Assembly: GCA_016193395.1 (NCBI GenBank)
Contig: JACPSH010000015.1
Coordinates: forward strand, 102,483-166,482
Direction: 5' to 3'
DNA length: 64,000 nucleotides
Origin: Gammaproteobacteria bacterium
GTDB lineage: Bacteria > Pseudomonadota > Gammaproteobacteria > Eutrophobiales > Eutrophobiaceae
Below the pieces are notes generated by a model that worked only from the letters and a program-made list of their open reading frames with translations, ran no database searches and was not told the origin of the DNA. A program made the position numbers and the translations under genes. The stretch's first letter is position 1; every line of letters begins with the position of its first letter. Positions 44,180 to 52,726 of the stretch are shown here, piece after piece.

Positions 44180-44549
44180 ATGGACTGCACTGTCCGCGAT
44201 TTGCAGGTGCAGGCGGGATCGCGCGCACCGTAGAGTAGCGCTGCCGTTGTGTCAATAAATTTATACTCAAATATTTCGTTCATAGTTGATAGGCAAATTT
44301 ACATATCCTTTCGACGGTTTTTTGACCAATTTCAAAATATTTCCGGTATGACTTTATAATACAACTTATTGATAGACCTGATTTATTAGTATTATTTGCC
44401 CACGTGCTTATCCTGTGGAACAATTTCCATTCAACGGTGCAATAATTCGGTTTGACGAGAACATCATTGCCCAGTCTGACAACTCAATGGAACGCTGTCC
44501 ATGAAGGAACCTGTCCTTACCTTCGAATAGGCTGGAATGCCGCGCAATC
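44180..44549. promoter_or_regulatory. AT-rich (~35-40% GC) divergent intergenic region between metK and the MTase-like gene
   Basis: GC content falls sharply relative to the ~65% flanks; contains ttgaca-like and tataat-like hexamers on both strands; no ORF of 60 aa or more. Confidence 0.5.
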
Positions 44550-45950
44550 ATGAATGAAATAAGTGTAGTGGTCGAGGAAATCGCCGCTTACTGCCGCGAC
44601 AGCGGCGTCGCGGAATCAACCTTCGGCCGGCTCGCAGTCGGCAACAGCAAGCTCATGGCGCGGCTGCGCGACGGACAGGGCGTGACGCTGAAGACCCTGC
44701 AGCGACTGCGCGAGTACATGCGCGAGCATCGTCCGCCTTCAGGCCGCTCGCCGATGGTCAATTTTGAGCCGGCGCCGCCCGCTCGTTCGGATGCAGTAGC
44801 AGCGCCGGGGGAATCGCCGCAGATCTCCTTCGAGCGCCCGTTCCGTTTCTACGACAACCGCCAGAAGTATCTCGCCTTTGTCTATACCTGCAATGAAAAG
44901 GCGATGATCGCGCAGCGCGCGGTGAAGGAGCTGCAGAACATCCACCCGGGCCCGCCGGGCCTGCGCGTTTTCGATGCCGGGACTGGCGACGGCCTGGTGC
45001 TGACGGAGACGCTGCGCAGCATGCACCAGCGTTATCCGACCGTGCCGTTTTTCATCAACGGCAAGGAGATCAGCGACGAGAACGCGCGGCTCTGCATCGA
45101 GAAACTGGCGGATCGCTTCATGGAACACCCGGCCACTCTGTTCGTGATCTCGAATATGCGCTACAGCGAGGCGCCGGCGCTGCGCCCGCGCGATACGCGC
45201 CAGGCCGCGGCGCTCAACTGGACCGAGGTGCCGTTGCGCGGGAATTCTTCGTATGATTTCGCCACGCAGATCGCCGGGCTCGAGAACCTCTTGAAGGAAG
45301 GCTGGGCCACGCGCCGCAGCGAAACCACGGGCAACCCAGTGCCGGTGCGCCCATCGGTGCTGGTGCTGTTCCGCGAGGATCACCGGCTGCTTCTGGACGC
45401 ACTCATTCCACGACCGAGCGATACGCGACGCGAATATGATCTCGTTATCGCCTCGCATCCGTGGCGGGCGCGTGAATCCGCTGCCATCAAGGTCCGGAAC
45501 ATTCTCGCGCCGCTGACGCGCAGCCTGGCACCTGGCGGGCGGCTGATCGTGGTGCAGGGTTATGGCGACGACCCCGGTCACGAGATCCTGCGCGCAGAAT
45601 GGCCCGGGGACATGCCATTCGTCGTGCACCGTCACGAACTGCTGCGCGCGCTCAAGGAACAGCTTGGCGGCGACTCCGATCTGTACAATTTCAACGTCTA
45701 TTCCGACAACCGCGCGCTGTTCCAGTACCGCATGCATACGCTGCCGACGGAGATCAACGAAAGCCTGGGGAGTTCCACGCTGCTCGCTGCGTGGAACGCG
45801 ACCATCTACGTCGGCCAGGTGGAGGATGACAAGCTTGAAGCCGCCATCGCGCGCGGCACCTATCTGAACTCCACGCGCATGGTGCTGAAGAAGCACGGCG
45901 GGCTGTGGTTTAACAACGAATGCTTCGTCGTTTCCCGCAGCCGTTCCTAG
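44550..45950 (+). CDS. Class I SAM-dependent methyltransferase-like protein with ~60-aa N-terminal helix-turn-helix-like extension, paralog 1
   Basis: 466 aa; Rossmann motif VFDAGTGDGLVL; ~55% identical over ~390 aa to ORF 49032..50222; N-terminal extension (GVTLKTLQRLREYMRE) absent from the paralog. Confidence 0.5.
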   Translation: MNEISVVVEEIAAYCRDSGVAESTFGRLAVGNSKLMARLRDGQGVTLKTLQRLREYMREHRPPSGRSPMVNFEPAPPARSDAVAAPGESPQISFERPFRFYDNRQKYLAFVYTCNEKAMIAQRAVKELQNIHPGPPGLRVFDAGTGDGLVLTETLRSMHQRYPTVPFFINGKEISDENARLCIEKLADRFMEHPATLFVISNMRYSEAPALRPRDTRQAAALNWTEVPLRGNSSYDFATQIAGLENLLKEGWATRRSETTGNPVPVRPSVLVLFREDHRLLLDALIPRPSDTRREYDLVIASHPWRARESAAIKVRNILAPLTRSLAPGGRLIVVQGYGDDPGHEILRAEWPGDMPFVVHRHELLRALKEQLGGDSDLYNFNVYSDNRALFQYRMHTLPTEINESLGSSTLLAAWNATIYVGQVEDDKLEAAIARGTYLNSTRMVLKKHGGLWFNNECFVVSRSRS

Positions 45951-45970
45951 CTGGTCAATCCTTGCACATG

Positions 45971-46050
45971 GGGTCAGGCTTGCGTTATTGCGCTACAGGC
46001 GTAATGCAAGAATGCAGGCCTGACCCCAGTTGAGAAGTTACTTGAACTGC
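45971..46050. terminator. Stem-loop plus 42-bp repeat between convergent genes (bidirectional terminator candidate)
   Basis: ggggtcaggc...gcctgacccc inverted repeat; gcaagaatgcaggcctgaccccagttgagaagttacttgaac repeated at 48067-48108. Confidence 0.5.
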
Positions 46051-46054
46051 GCGC

Positions 46055-47053
46055 TCAGAATACCGCGCGCCACAGATCGACGAGTTTGTCGATATGGCCG
46101 TGAACATCGGATTTCCTTGCCTGCACGAAGCCGCCTTCGCGGATCTCATCAGGCACGGGCCCGGAGATGATCTCCGCGACTTCCTCCAGCGTGTCGTACA
46201 GGTACCCTGCCCCACCGACGTATTCCTCGAGGTCCGGGCGCACGCGCTGGATGCACACGCCTACGCCGGAGGCCTGCGCCTCGGCTACCGCCAGCGGCCA
46301 GCCGACGGTGCGCAATTTCGGGTCGCCGGTGTACACGAGCCACTGGTGCTTCTTGTATTCGGGCGGCATGAGTTTCGGCTCGATCGGCGCGATCATGTTG
46401 ATCGGCTTGCCCATCCTTTCGTTCAGCGCCTCGATCTGCGCCTTGATGTAGCCCAGCGCGTAGAGGTTGAAGCGCCGGCCGGGCATGCGCGCGCCGAGGT
46501 GCACGAAGTCCTCCATCTTTTTCTTCGGGATGCAGGCGCCGACGTTCATGATCGCGTCGCCGTTCGGGGTTCGGTCGTAGAACCAATCATATTCGATCAC
46601 CGGGAAGCAGGACACCGCCTTGCGCATGTCCCAGCCGGCGTGATCGAAGCGCTTCAACGCGGGCGGGAAGCCGAGCACGCCGGCGCACAGGCCGCTGTTG
46701 ATTGCATCGCGGTAATTCGCGAGCTTGGCCGCGGCGGGACCGAAGACGTCGAAGGAGTGCGTGCGAACGGTGAACGGCACGTCGGCGGCGCGCGCCGCGG
46801 CCGCAATGACCGGGATCATGTCCGCGTAATGTCCGTGGATGACGTCCGGCCGGGCGTCCCGCGCCGCCGCGGCGATCTCGACCGGGTCCTGCTTCACCGT
46901 CGTGTACGGGTGGTGCCATTCGTAGCTGAGGTCGGGCTTGCCGGTCGAGACGATGTGCACGTCGAAGCGGCCGCTCAAAGCGCGGATCTCCGACTCCATG
47001 TAGGTCTCGGACATCTGCGGGTAGCGATGGAGAATGTAAACGACTTTTCTCAT
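46055..47053 (-). CDS. Glycosyltransferase, GT4/GT1-like fold
   Basis: 332 aa; N-terminal KVVYILHRYPQMSETYMESEIRAL (Glyco_transf_4-like); C-terminal EAQASGVGVC resembling the GT4 E-x7-E region. Confidence 0.55.
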   Translation of the reverse strand: MRKVVYILHRYPQMSETYMESEIRALSGRFDVHIVSTGKPDLSYEWHHPYTTVKQDPVEIAAAARDARPDVIHGHYADMIPVIAAAARAADVPFTVRTHSFDVFGPAAAKLANYRDAINSGLCAGVLGFPPALKRFDHAGWDMRKAVSCFPVIEYDWFYDRTPNGDAIMNVGACIPKKKMEDFVHLGARMPGRRFNLYALGYIKAQIEALNERMGKPINMIAPIEPKLMPPEYKKHQWLVYTGDPKLRTVGWPLAVAEAQASGVGVCIQRVRPDLEEYVGGAGYLYDTLEEVAEIISGPVPDEIREGGFVQARKSDVHGHIDKLVDLWRAVF

Positions 47054-47104
47054 CGCTGCCCGCGGCGGAACGGAAAAGGCAACGGCCCGCGCGGAACCGG
47101 CCTG

Positions 47105-47992
47105 CTAGCGTTGCTCGGCCTTCATCAGTTTGGGGGCGAGTAGATCGGGATGCGACAAATCGCGGAACAGCCCGGTGCCGGGTTCGTAGAGCTGGTACTG
47201 CATGCCATAGCGGTCGTTGGGAACGTCCGGTGTGACGGTCTTCACGGCGTGGAACGATTGCCGGGTCTTGAAGAAGAGGAGAAATGAATTTGGCGCGTAC
47301 GGAGCGGTTTTCACGACCTCGAAACCTTCAGTGTCGTAGTGCTGGCGTCCCCAGCAGCGCACGAACCGATCTGTCGGCCGCAGGAGTTGCGTGCCGAAAT
47401 CCTCGTAGCCCGGCCGATCGGAGAACGCGAAGATGCAGGTGAAGATGCGCGTGGGAATGTCCGTGTGCGGCCCGATGTGGTAGTTCGGCTCGTGCCGGTG
47501 CAGGAACAACTCCTTCTTCATTTGATCCCAGAAGTCCGACCATTGCACCGCCTCGCCGAAGCGGATGTCGAAATAGGCTGGATATTTTGCCTGCACCAGC
47601 CGCGGGAACCACGAGCCGCTGAGAAACGTCCGCGTAATGACCTTCCAGAAGGAGCGTTCCTCATCCGTCGCCTCGTAATCCTGGTCTTTGTGGAAATTGA
47701 TCTGCTTGCGGTGATCGTAGGGCGTCGGCGTAACCATGGCATTCGCCTGTGGGCGCGTGATCCAGTCCACGCCGGCGTTCTTCTTGAACAGGTTGAACTT
47801 CAGGATCTTCGCGTGAACGTCGTCCGGAAAGAAATCCCCGATGATCATGTGCGGGAACGGGAACTTCTCCAGTTTCGCCGTCGCAAATCTGGACGCGATA
47901 TGGCGGCGTATTCGGCGGACGCGGGGGTCCACCCCGTCTGCGGGGCTGCGATGCGGGGCATCGCTCGAATATTCCTGGGGACTGGTCGGCAT
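47105..47992 (-). CDS. Hypothetical protein, possible 2OG-Fe(II) oxygenase-like fold
   Basis: Start set at MPTSPQEYSS (Met34 of ORF); HIGPHTD (HxD) and downstream FHAV His with Arg 13 aa later; weak assignment. Confidence 0.35.
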   Translation of the reverse strand: MPTSPQEYSSDAPHRSPADGVDPRVRRIRRHIASRFATAKLEKFPFPHMIIGDFFPDDVHAKILKFNLFKKNAGVDWITRPQANAMVTPTPYDHRKQINFHKDQDYEATDEERSFWKVITRTFLSGSWFPRLVQAKYPAYFDIRFGEAVQWSDFWDQMKKELFLHRHEPNYHIGPHTDIPTRIFTCIFAFSDRPGYEDFGTQLLRPTDRFVRCWGRQHYDTEGFEVVKTAPYAPNSFLLFFKTRQSFHAVKTVTPDVPNDRYGMQYQLYEPGTGLFRDLSHPDLLAPKLMKAEQR

Positions 47993-48104
47993 GATGGCCA
48001 CCCGGCTGTTCCGCTTGTGTAAGCCAGTATAGCGCCTCCTCAAGAAAGGTTGTGAGGCAGGCCGAACGCAAGAATGCAGGCCTGACCCCACTTGAGAAGT
48101 TGCT

Positions 48105-49028
48105 TCAGGTTTTGGCGGTAAAGCCGGAGGCGTCGGCGTGCATGCTGAATTTGCCGTCGCGCACGGCGCGGATCCAGCGTGCCGTGGCGACAGAGCCGCC
48201 GAAGGCGAAGAAGTGCGGCTTGACCAACAGCGCGCGGTCCGCGTCGGGCCACTCCCGCACGACGGTCGTCAGCACCTGATCGACCGCCTGCGCGGCCTTC
48301 GCCAGGCTCGCGATCAGGCCGGGGTTGGTGACCGCCGCTTTCAGCGAAGCGCTGATCCCGCACAGCATGGCGTACTTGATGAGCTTGTCCATGGGCGTCG
48401 GGCCCGCGAAACCGACATGCACGGGCAGGCGGATCCCCCGCTCGCGGAGCTGCCGGTTCCAGTCGACCACGGCCTTCGGATTGAACCCGAACTGCGTCAC
48501 GAGACGGACACCGACCCCGGATCGTTCGGCGAACGCCTGCTTGGCCGCCAGCGCCTTCCACAGATCGTCCGTGCCGATGTTCGGATTGCCCTCCGGATGG
48601 CCGGCAAAGCCGGCGATTTTGAAACCGCTGTCCGTGATCACACCGGAGTCGATGATGTCCAGGGTGCTGGAGTAGGGGCCGGCGGGTGGAGTCAAATCCC
48701 CGGCGATGTTCAGCACGCGATCACAACCCGCCGCGCGCAGCTGCTTCAACGCCGCGCGCAGTTCGGATTCAGAGGGGATGCGCCGCGCGACCACGTGCAT
48801 GCAGGCCTTGAAGCCCATCTCCTGCACCTTGCAGGCGATGCGCGCCAGCTCCTGCAGGGTCGTCTTCGGCGTATGCGCGACATAGACCTCGCTCCCCGGC
48901 GCGAGGAACTGCACGAGATCGGGAAGCTCCTTCTCGTCGTGCGGCGAGACCTCCATCGAGGCATCGCGCGCGAAATCGACGATGCGTTGCTTCAGCCGTT
49001 GCGGATCGACGCCTGTGGTCCCGTTCAT
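48105..49028 (-). CDS. Methylenetetrahydrofolate reductase (MetF)-like protein
   Basis: 307 aa; collinear with MetF (NIAGDLTPPAG, IAGFAGHPEG, VTQFGFN, PHFFAFGG); start 3 nt after the stop of the upstream MTase-like gene (translationally coupled). Confidence 0.7.
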   Translation of the reverse strand: MNGTTGVDPQRLKQRIVDFARDASMEVSPHDEKELPDLVQFLAPGSEVYVAHTPKTTLQELARIACKVQEMGFKACMHVVARRIPSESELRAALKQLRAAGCDRVLNIAGDLTPPAGPYSSTLDIIDSGVITDSGFKIAGFAGHPEGNPNIGTDDLWKALAAKQAFAERSGVGVRLVTQFGFNPKAVVDWNRQLRERGIRLPVHVGFAGPTPMDKLIKYAMLCGISASLKAAVTNPGLIASLAKAAQAVDQVLTTVVREWPDADRALLVKPHFFAFGGSVATARWIRAVRDGKFSMHADASGFTAKT

Positions 49029-49031
49029 TTG

Positions 49032-50222
49032 TTATTGGCGGCGACGTGAGATGACGAAGGTCTCGTCATTGAACCATAATCCGCCGTGCCTCTGCAGCAC
49101 CACCTGCACGGCCTTCAGGTATTCCCCTTTCCGGACGACGGAATCGAGCCGCTCATCCTCTATCTGGTTTACGTAGATCGCGGCGTTCCATGCGGCGAAC
49201 AACGTGGAGGTGCCGATGCGATCGCTGATCTCCGAAGGCAGCGTGTGCATTTCATAGCGGAACGTCGCCTTCGCATCCGGCAGCGCGCTCAGGTCGTAGT
49301 TGCGGGCGCTGCCGCCGAGTTCGGCCTTGAGCACCGCGAGGAGCTGGTGCCGGTCGATGACGAACGGGTTCTCCCCCGGCCAGAGCTGGCGGATGATTTC
49401 CTGGGCCGGATCGTTGCCGCACGACTGGATCGCGAGCAGCCGACCCCCCGGCGCGAGGCTGCGCGCGAGCGGCGCGAGTACATTCCGCACCTTGAACTCG
49501 GCGGACGTGCGCGCGCGCCACGGCTGCGAAGCGAGGATGAAATCATAGGTGTCCAGCACCCTGCCGGGCTGCGGAATGACGCTGTCGAGCAGGAAACGGT
49601 GATCGTCCCTGTACATCACCAGCACCGACGGCCGCACGCAGTTCGGATTGCCGGTCTTCGGGTTCGGACGCGTCTGCCAGCCGTAGGCCAGCGTGGAGGA
49701 CAGTTCCTCGAGTTGCTGCGCGTACTCATGCGAGGAAGTCCCGACCAGGCGCACTTCCTGCCAGTTGGTGGCGGCGGCCTGCGCCGGATCGCGCGGAGAG
49801 AGCCGCGGTGCGTCCGCATAATTCAGGTTGGTGATGGCAAGCACGGTCGCGGGATGTTCCTGGAACCGGTCCGGCATCTTGTCGAGCCCGAGGCGCACGT
49901 CCTCGAGGCTGATCTCCTTGGCCACCGCGAAAATCGGCACAGTCGGGAAGCGGTGGTGCACGTTGCGCATCAGGCGCGAGAGCACGCCGCCGTCGCCCAT
50001 GCCGGCGTCGAACACGCGGATCGCCGGCGGCGTCGGCTGGATATGCGCCAGCTCCTGACCGGCGCGCCTGGCGATCGCGGCCTTCTCGTTGCAGGTATTA
50101 ACGAAGGCCAGGTACTTCTGGCGGTTGTCGTAGAAGCGGAACGGCGTCGATCGCCGGTCCGCACCGCCGGTCCCGGCCTCCGGGCGTGCCTCGGGTTTCT
50201 TTTTAACGCTCGTTTGCTTCAT
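49032..50222 (-). CDS. Class I SAM-dependent methyltransferase-like protein, paralog 2
   Basis: 396 aa; VFDAGMGDGGVL; paralog of 44550..45950; first gene of a four-gene minus-strand operon. Confidence 0.5.
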   Translation of the reverse strand: MKQTSVKKKPEARPEAGTGGADRRSTPFRFYDNRQKYLAFVNTCNEKAAIARRAGQELAHIQPTPPAIRVFDAGMGDGGVLSRLMRNVHHRFPTVPIFAVAKEISLEDVRLGLDKMPDRFQEHPATVLAITNLNYADAPRLSPRDPAQAAATNWQEVRLVGTSSHEYAQQLEELSSTLAYGWQTRPNPKTGNPNCVRPSVLVMYRDDHRFLLDSVIPQPGRVLDTYDFILASQPWRARTSAEFKVRNVLAPLARSLAPGGRLLAIQSCGNDPAQEIIRQLWPGENPFVIDRHQLLAVLKAELGGSARNYDLSALPDAKATFRYEMHTLPSEISDRIGTSTLFAAWNAAIYVNQIEDERLDSVVRKGEYLKAVQVVLQRHGGLWFNDETFVISRRRQ

Positions 50223-50360
50223 GGCGCAGTCGGATCCGTGAACGCAGATTCAAATTGACGCGCACAGCGTCAATCATGGGAGGCGCATTTTGACCCGCGC
50301 GCTGCGGCGCCGTAAAGGTGCGTGTGCTCTGTCCCCTGCGTGAAATGGCAAATGCCCACT

Positions 50361-50408
50361 AGCAGGGTGATGCAAAAGTCCATCCATGGACTTTTGCATC
50401 ACCCTGCT
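50361..50408. promoter_or_regulatory. 48-bp perfect palindrome (23-bp arms, 2-bp spacer) in divergent promoter region
   Basis: agcagggtgatgcaaaagtccat-cc-atggacttttgcatcaccctgct; sits between MTase paralog 2 (minus) and amidohydrolase (plus); smaller palindrome ttgacgc-gcaca-gcgtcaa lies at ~50255-50273. Confidence 0.6.
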
Positions 50409-50638
50409 GGACATCTTTGCGGCGCCGACCGAAGCTGATTTACTATCGGACATGTCGTTCAATTTCCCGGAGAACAGCCGTGCCGCGATTTCGCCACGAC
50501 CCCGAAGGTAGGCGCCTGCCCATCAAGCTCGATTCCGCGTCCAACGGCGAATTCGAACCGCGGCCGCTCAGCGCCACGAACCGGCTCGCCAACCGCCTCG
50601 CTCGCGAGGCGGCCACGAAGAACGCCCGCCGTTCAGGC

Positions 50639-51946
50639 ATGAAGCGCCGCGAATTCCTGGTCTCGGCCTGCGGCGCCGCCAGCACGCTGCTCGCCATCAA
50701 TGCGGCCAACGCCGCGGCGGGAAAGACCGGCGGATCCTTTGAACTCGACGCCGATGCCGCGCTCGATCCCGAGCTCGCCCTGAACAAGCTCGCGGGGCGC
50801 GAGTTCATCTTCGACATCCAGGGCCACTACGTGGATCCGAACGGCAACTGGCTGCGCGACGTGCCCATCACGGCGACCCCGTTCGACTGGCCGGCCAAGG
50901 CGCGCTGCGAACTGGCGAAGGAGCCCGGCCTGCGCAGCTACCTGCAATGCCTCGGCCCGAGAGAATTCATCAAGGACGTATTCCTCGACAGCGACACCGA
51001 CATGATGGTGCTCTCCTTCGTGCCGTCGCTGCGCGACGCGGAACCGCTGACCATCGAGGAAGCCGCGGCCACGAAGGAAATCGTCGACAACATGGAAGGC
51101 TCGCACCGGCTGCTGCTGCACGGCCGCGTCAACCCGAACCAGGACGGCGACCTCGAAGGCATGGACGAGCTTGCCGGCCGCTGGAAGATCAGCGCATGGA
51201 AGACCTACACGCAGTGGGGCCCGGACGAGAAGGGTTTCTTCCTGCACGAGGAGCCCGGCATCCGCCTGATCGAAAAGGCGCGCCAGCTCGGGATCCGGAC
51301 CCTCTGCGTGCACAAGGGGCTGCCGTTCGGTCCGAAGTCATACGAACACAGCCTGGCTTCCGACATCGGCATCGTCGCGAAGCGTTATCCGGACGTGAAT
51401 TTCATCGTCTATCACTCCGGCTTCATCGTCGGCCAGGCCGAGCGAGCATACGATCCGAAGCGCGGCGAAGGCGTGGACGAGTTCGTCAGGTCCGTCATCG
51501 AAAACGACGTCAAGCCGAACAGCAATGTGTACGCCGAACTCGGCAGCACCTGGCGCATGCTCATGCAGGATCCGGACAGCGCCGCGCACACACTCGGCAA
51601 ACTGTTCAAGCATATCGGCGAGGACAACGTCGTCTGGGGGACGGATTCCATCTGGTACGGCTCGCCGCAGGACCAGATCCAGGCCTTCCGCGCTTTCCAG
51701 ATCGGCGCCGATCTGCGCGAGAAACACGGCTACTCCGAAATCACGCCGCGATTGCGCGCCAAGGTCTTCGGCCTGAACGCGCTGCGTCCGTACGGACTGG
51801 ATATGGAAGATGTGATGAAGCACACGCGCGCGGACCGCGTCTGGCGACAGCGCGAAGAATACCGCGAGGAGCCGGACCCGGCGTTCCTCACCTACGGCCC
51901 GAAGACGCGCCGGGAGTTCCTGAACCTATTGCGTCTCGGCGCCTGA
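50639..51946 (+). CDS. Amidohydrolase-2 family metal-dependent hydrolase with Tat signal peptide
   Basis: True start MKRREFLVSACGAAS (twin-arginine motif) at Met75 of ORF 50417..51946; 435 aa. Confidence 0.7.
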   Translation: MKRREFLVSACGAASTLLAINAANAAAGKTGGSFELDADAALDPELALNKLAGREFIFDIQGHYVDPNGNWLRDVPITATPFDWPAKARCELAKEPGLRSYLQCLGPREFIKDVFLDSDTDMMVLSFVPSLRDAEPLTIEEAAATKEIVDNMEGSHRLLLHGRVNPNQDGDLEGMDELAGRWKISAWKTYTQWGPDEKGFFLHEEPGIRLIEKARQLGIRTLCVHKGLPFGPKSYEHSLASDIGIVAKRYPDVNFIVYHSGFIVGQAERAYDPKRGEGVDEFVRSVIENDVKPNSNVYAELGSTWRMLMQDPDSAAHTLGKLFKHIGEDNVVWGTDSIWYGSPQDQIQAFRAFQIGADLREKHGYSEITPRLRAKVFGLNALRPYGLDMEDVMKHTRADRVWRQREEYREEPDPAFLTYGPKTRREFLNLLRLGA

Positions 51947-51952
51947 CCCGAG

Positions 51953-52726
51953 CTAGGCCGCGCGCACCCGCGCCATGTTTCCCGTCGTGAAACCTGCTGC
52001 CAGTGCAACCCCGGCCATGGCCCACACCGTCACGGCGCCGGTGGGGAGATCAAGCAGCGCAGAGAGCACGATGCCGGCCAGGTAGGACGCTGCGCCGATC
52101 AGGTAACCGGCGGCCAGCCGCTTCCCGCCCTGCATGCGCGCCGTCGCCAGCGCTGGGATGATCAGGCTCGCGAACACGAGATAGATCCCGACCACCTGCA
52201 CGGATGCGGTGACCGCGAACGCAAAGATCACGTAGAAACCCAGCGCGCCGATCCGGCCGCGCCCGGCAAACCAGATCGCGACCAGCACCGCGTACAACAG
52301 CGCGATCGGCACCAGCGAATTCCACGTCGACCACAGGATCTGTCCGACCAGCAGATCCTTGAGGTGTTCGCCGCCATGGGGATTCCCGGCGAGGAGCAGG
52401 ATCCCGCCGGTTGCGGCCAGCACGAACAGGATCCCGATCAGCGGCTCCTGCGATTGCGGCCAGCGTTTCTCGGTCCAGTTCAGTCCGGCCGCCGCCAGCA
52501 ACGCGGCGCCGACGGCGGCGGCCTGCACTTCCCAGCCGTGTTCCTCGGTGCCGAAACCGTTCGCCGCAATCACCCCCATCCCGGCAATCTGGGCTATCGC
52601 AAGATCGATGAAGATGATCCCGCGGCTCAGCACTTCCTGGCCCAGTGGGACGTGCGTGCTCAACACCAGCAGGCCCGCGGCCAGCGCGGGCCCGATGATC
52701 GACCAGTCAAGCAGTTCCCAGTTCAT
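51953..52726 (-). CDS. Metal (Zn/Mn) ABC transporter permease, ZnuB/TroC family
   Basis: Start MNWELLDWSI (Met43 of ORF); 257 aa; 8-TM ZnuB-like; overlaps upstream substrate-binding-protein gene by 4 nt. Confidence 0.8.
   Translation of the reverse strand: MNWELLDWSIIGPALAAGLLVLSTHVPLGQEVLSRGIIFIDLAIAQIAGMGVIAANGFGTEEHGWEVQAAAVGAALLAAAGLNWTEKRWPQSQEPLIGILFVLAATGGILLLAGNPHGGEHLKDLLVGQILWSTWNSLVPIALLYAVLVAIWFAGRGRIGALGFYVIFAFAVTASVQVVGIYLVFASLIIPALATARMQGGKRLAAGYLIGAASYLAGIVLSALLDLPTGAVTVWAMAGVALAAGFTTGNMARVRAA

Noticed and set aside
44152-44280. SAM-II/SAM-I riboswitch upstream of metK
   Set aside because: I could not recognise the conserved riboswitch core in the metK leader (reverse complement of 44152-44280). 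It is left as an unverified possibility under the AT-rich-island finding rather than called as a feature.
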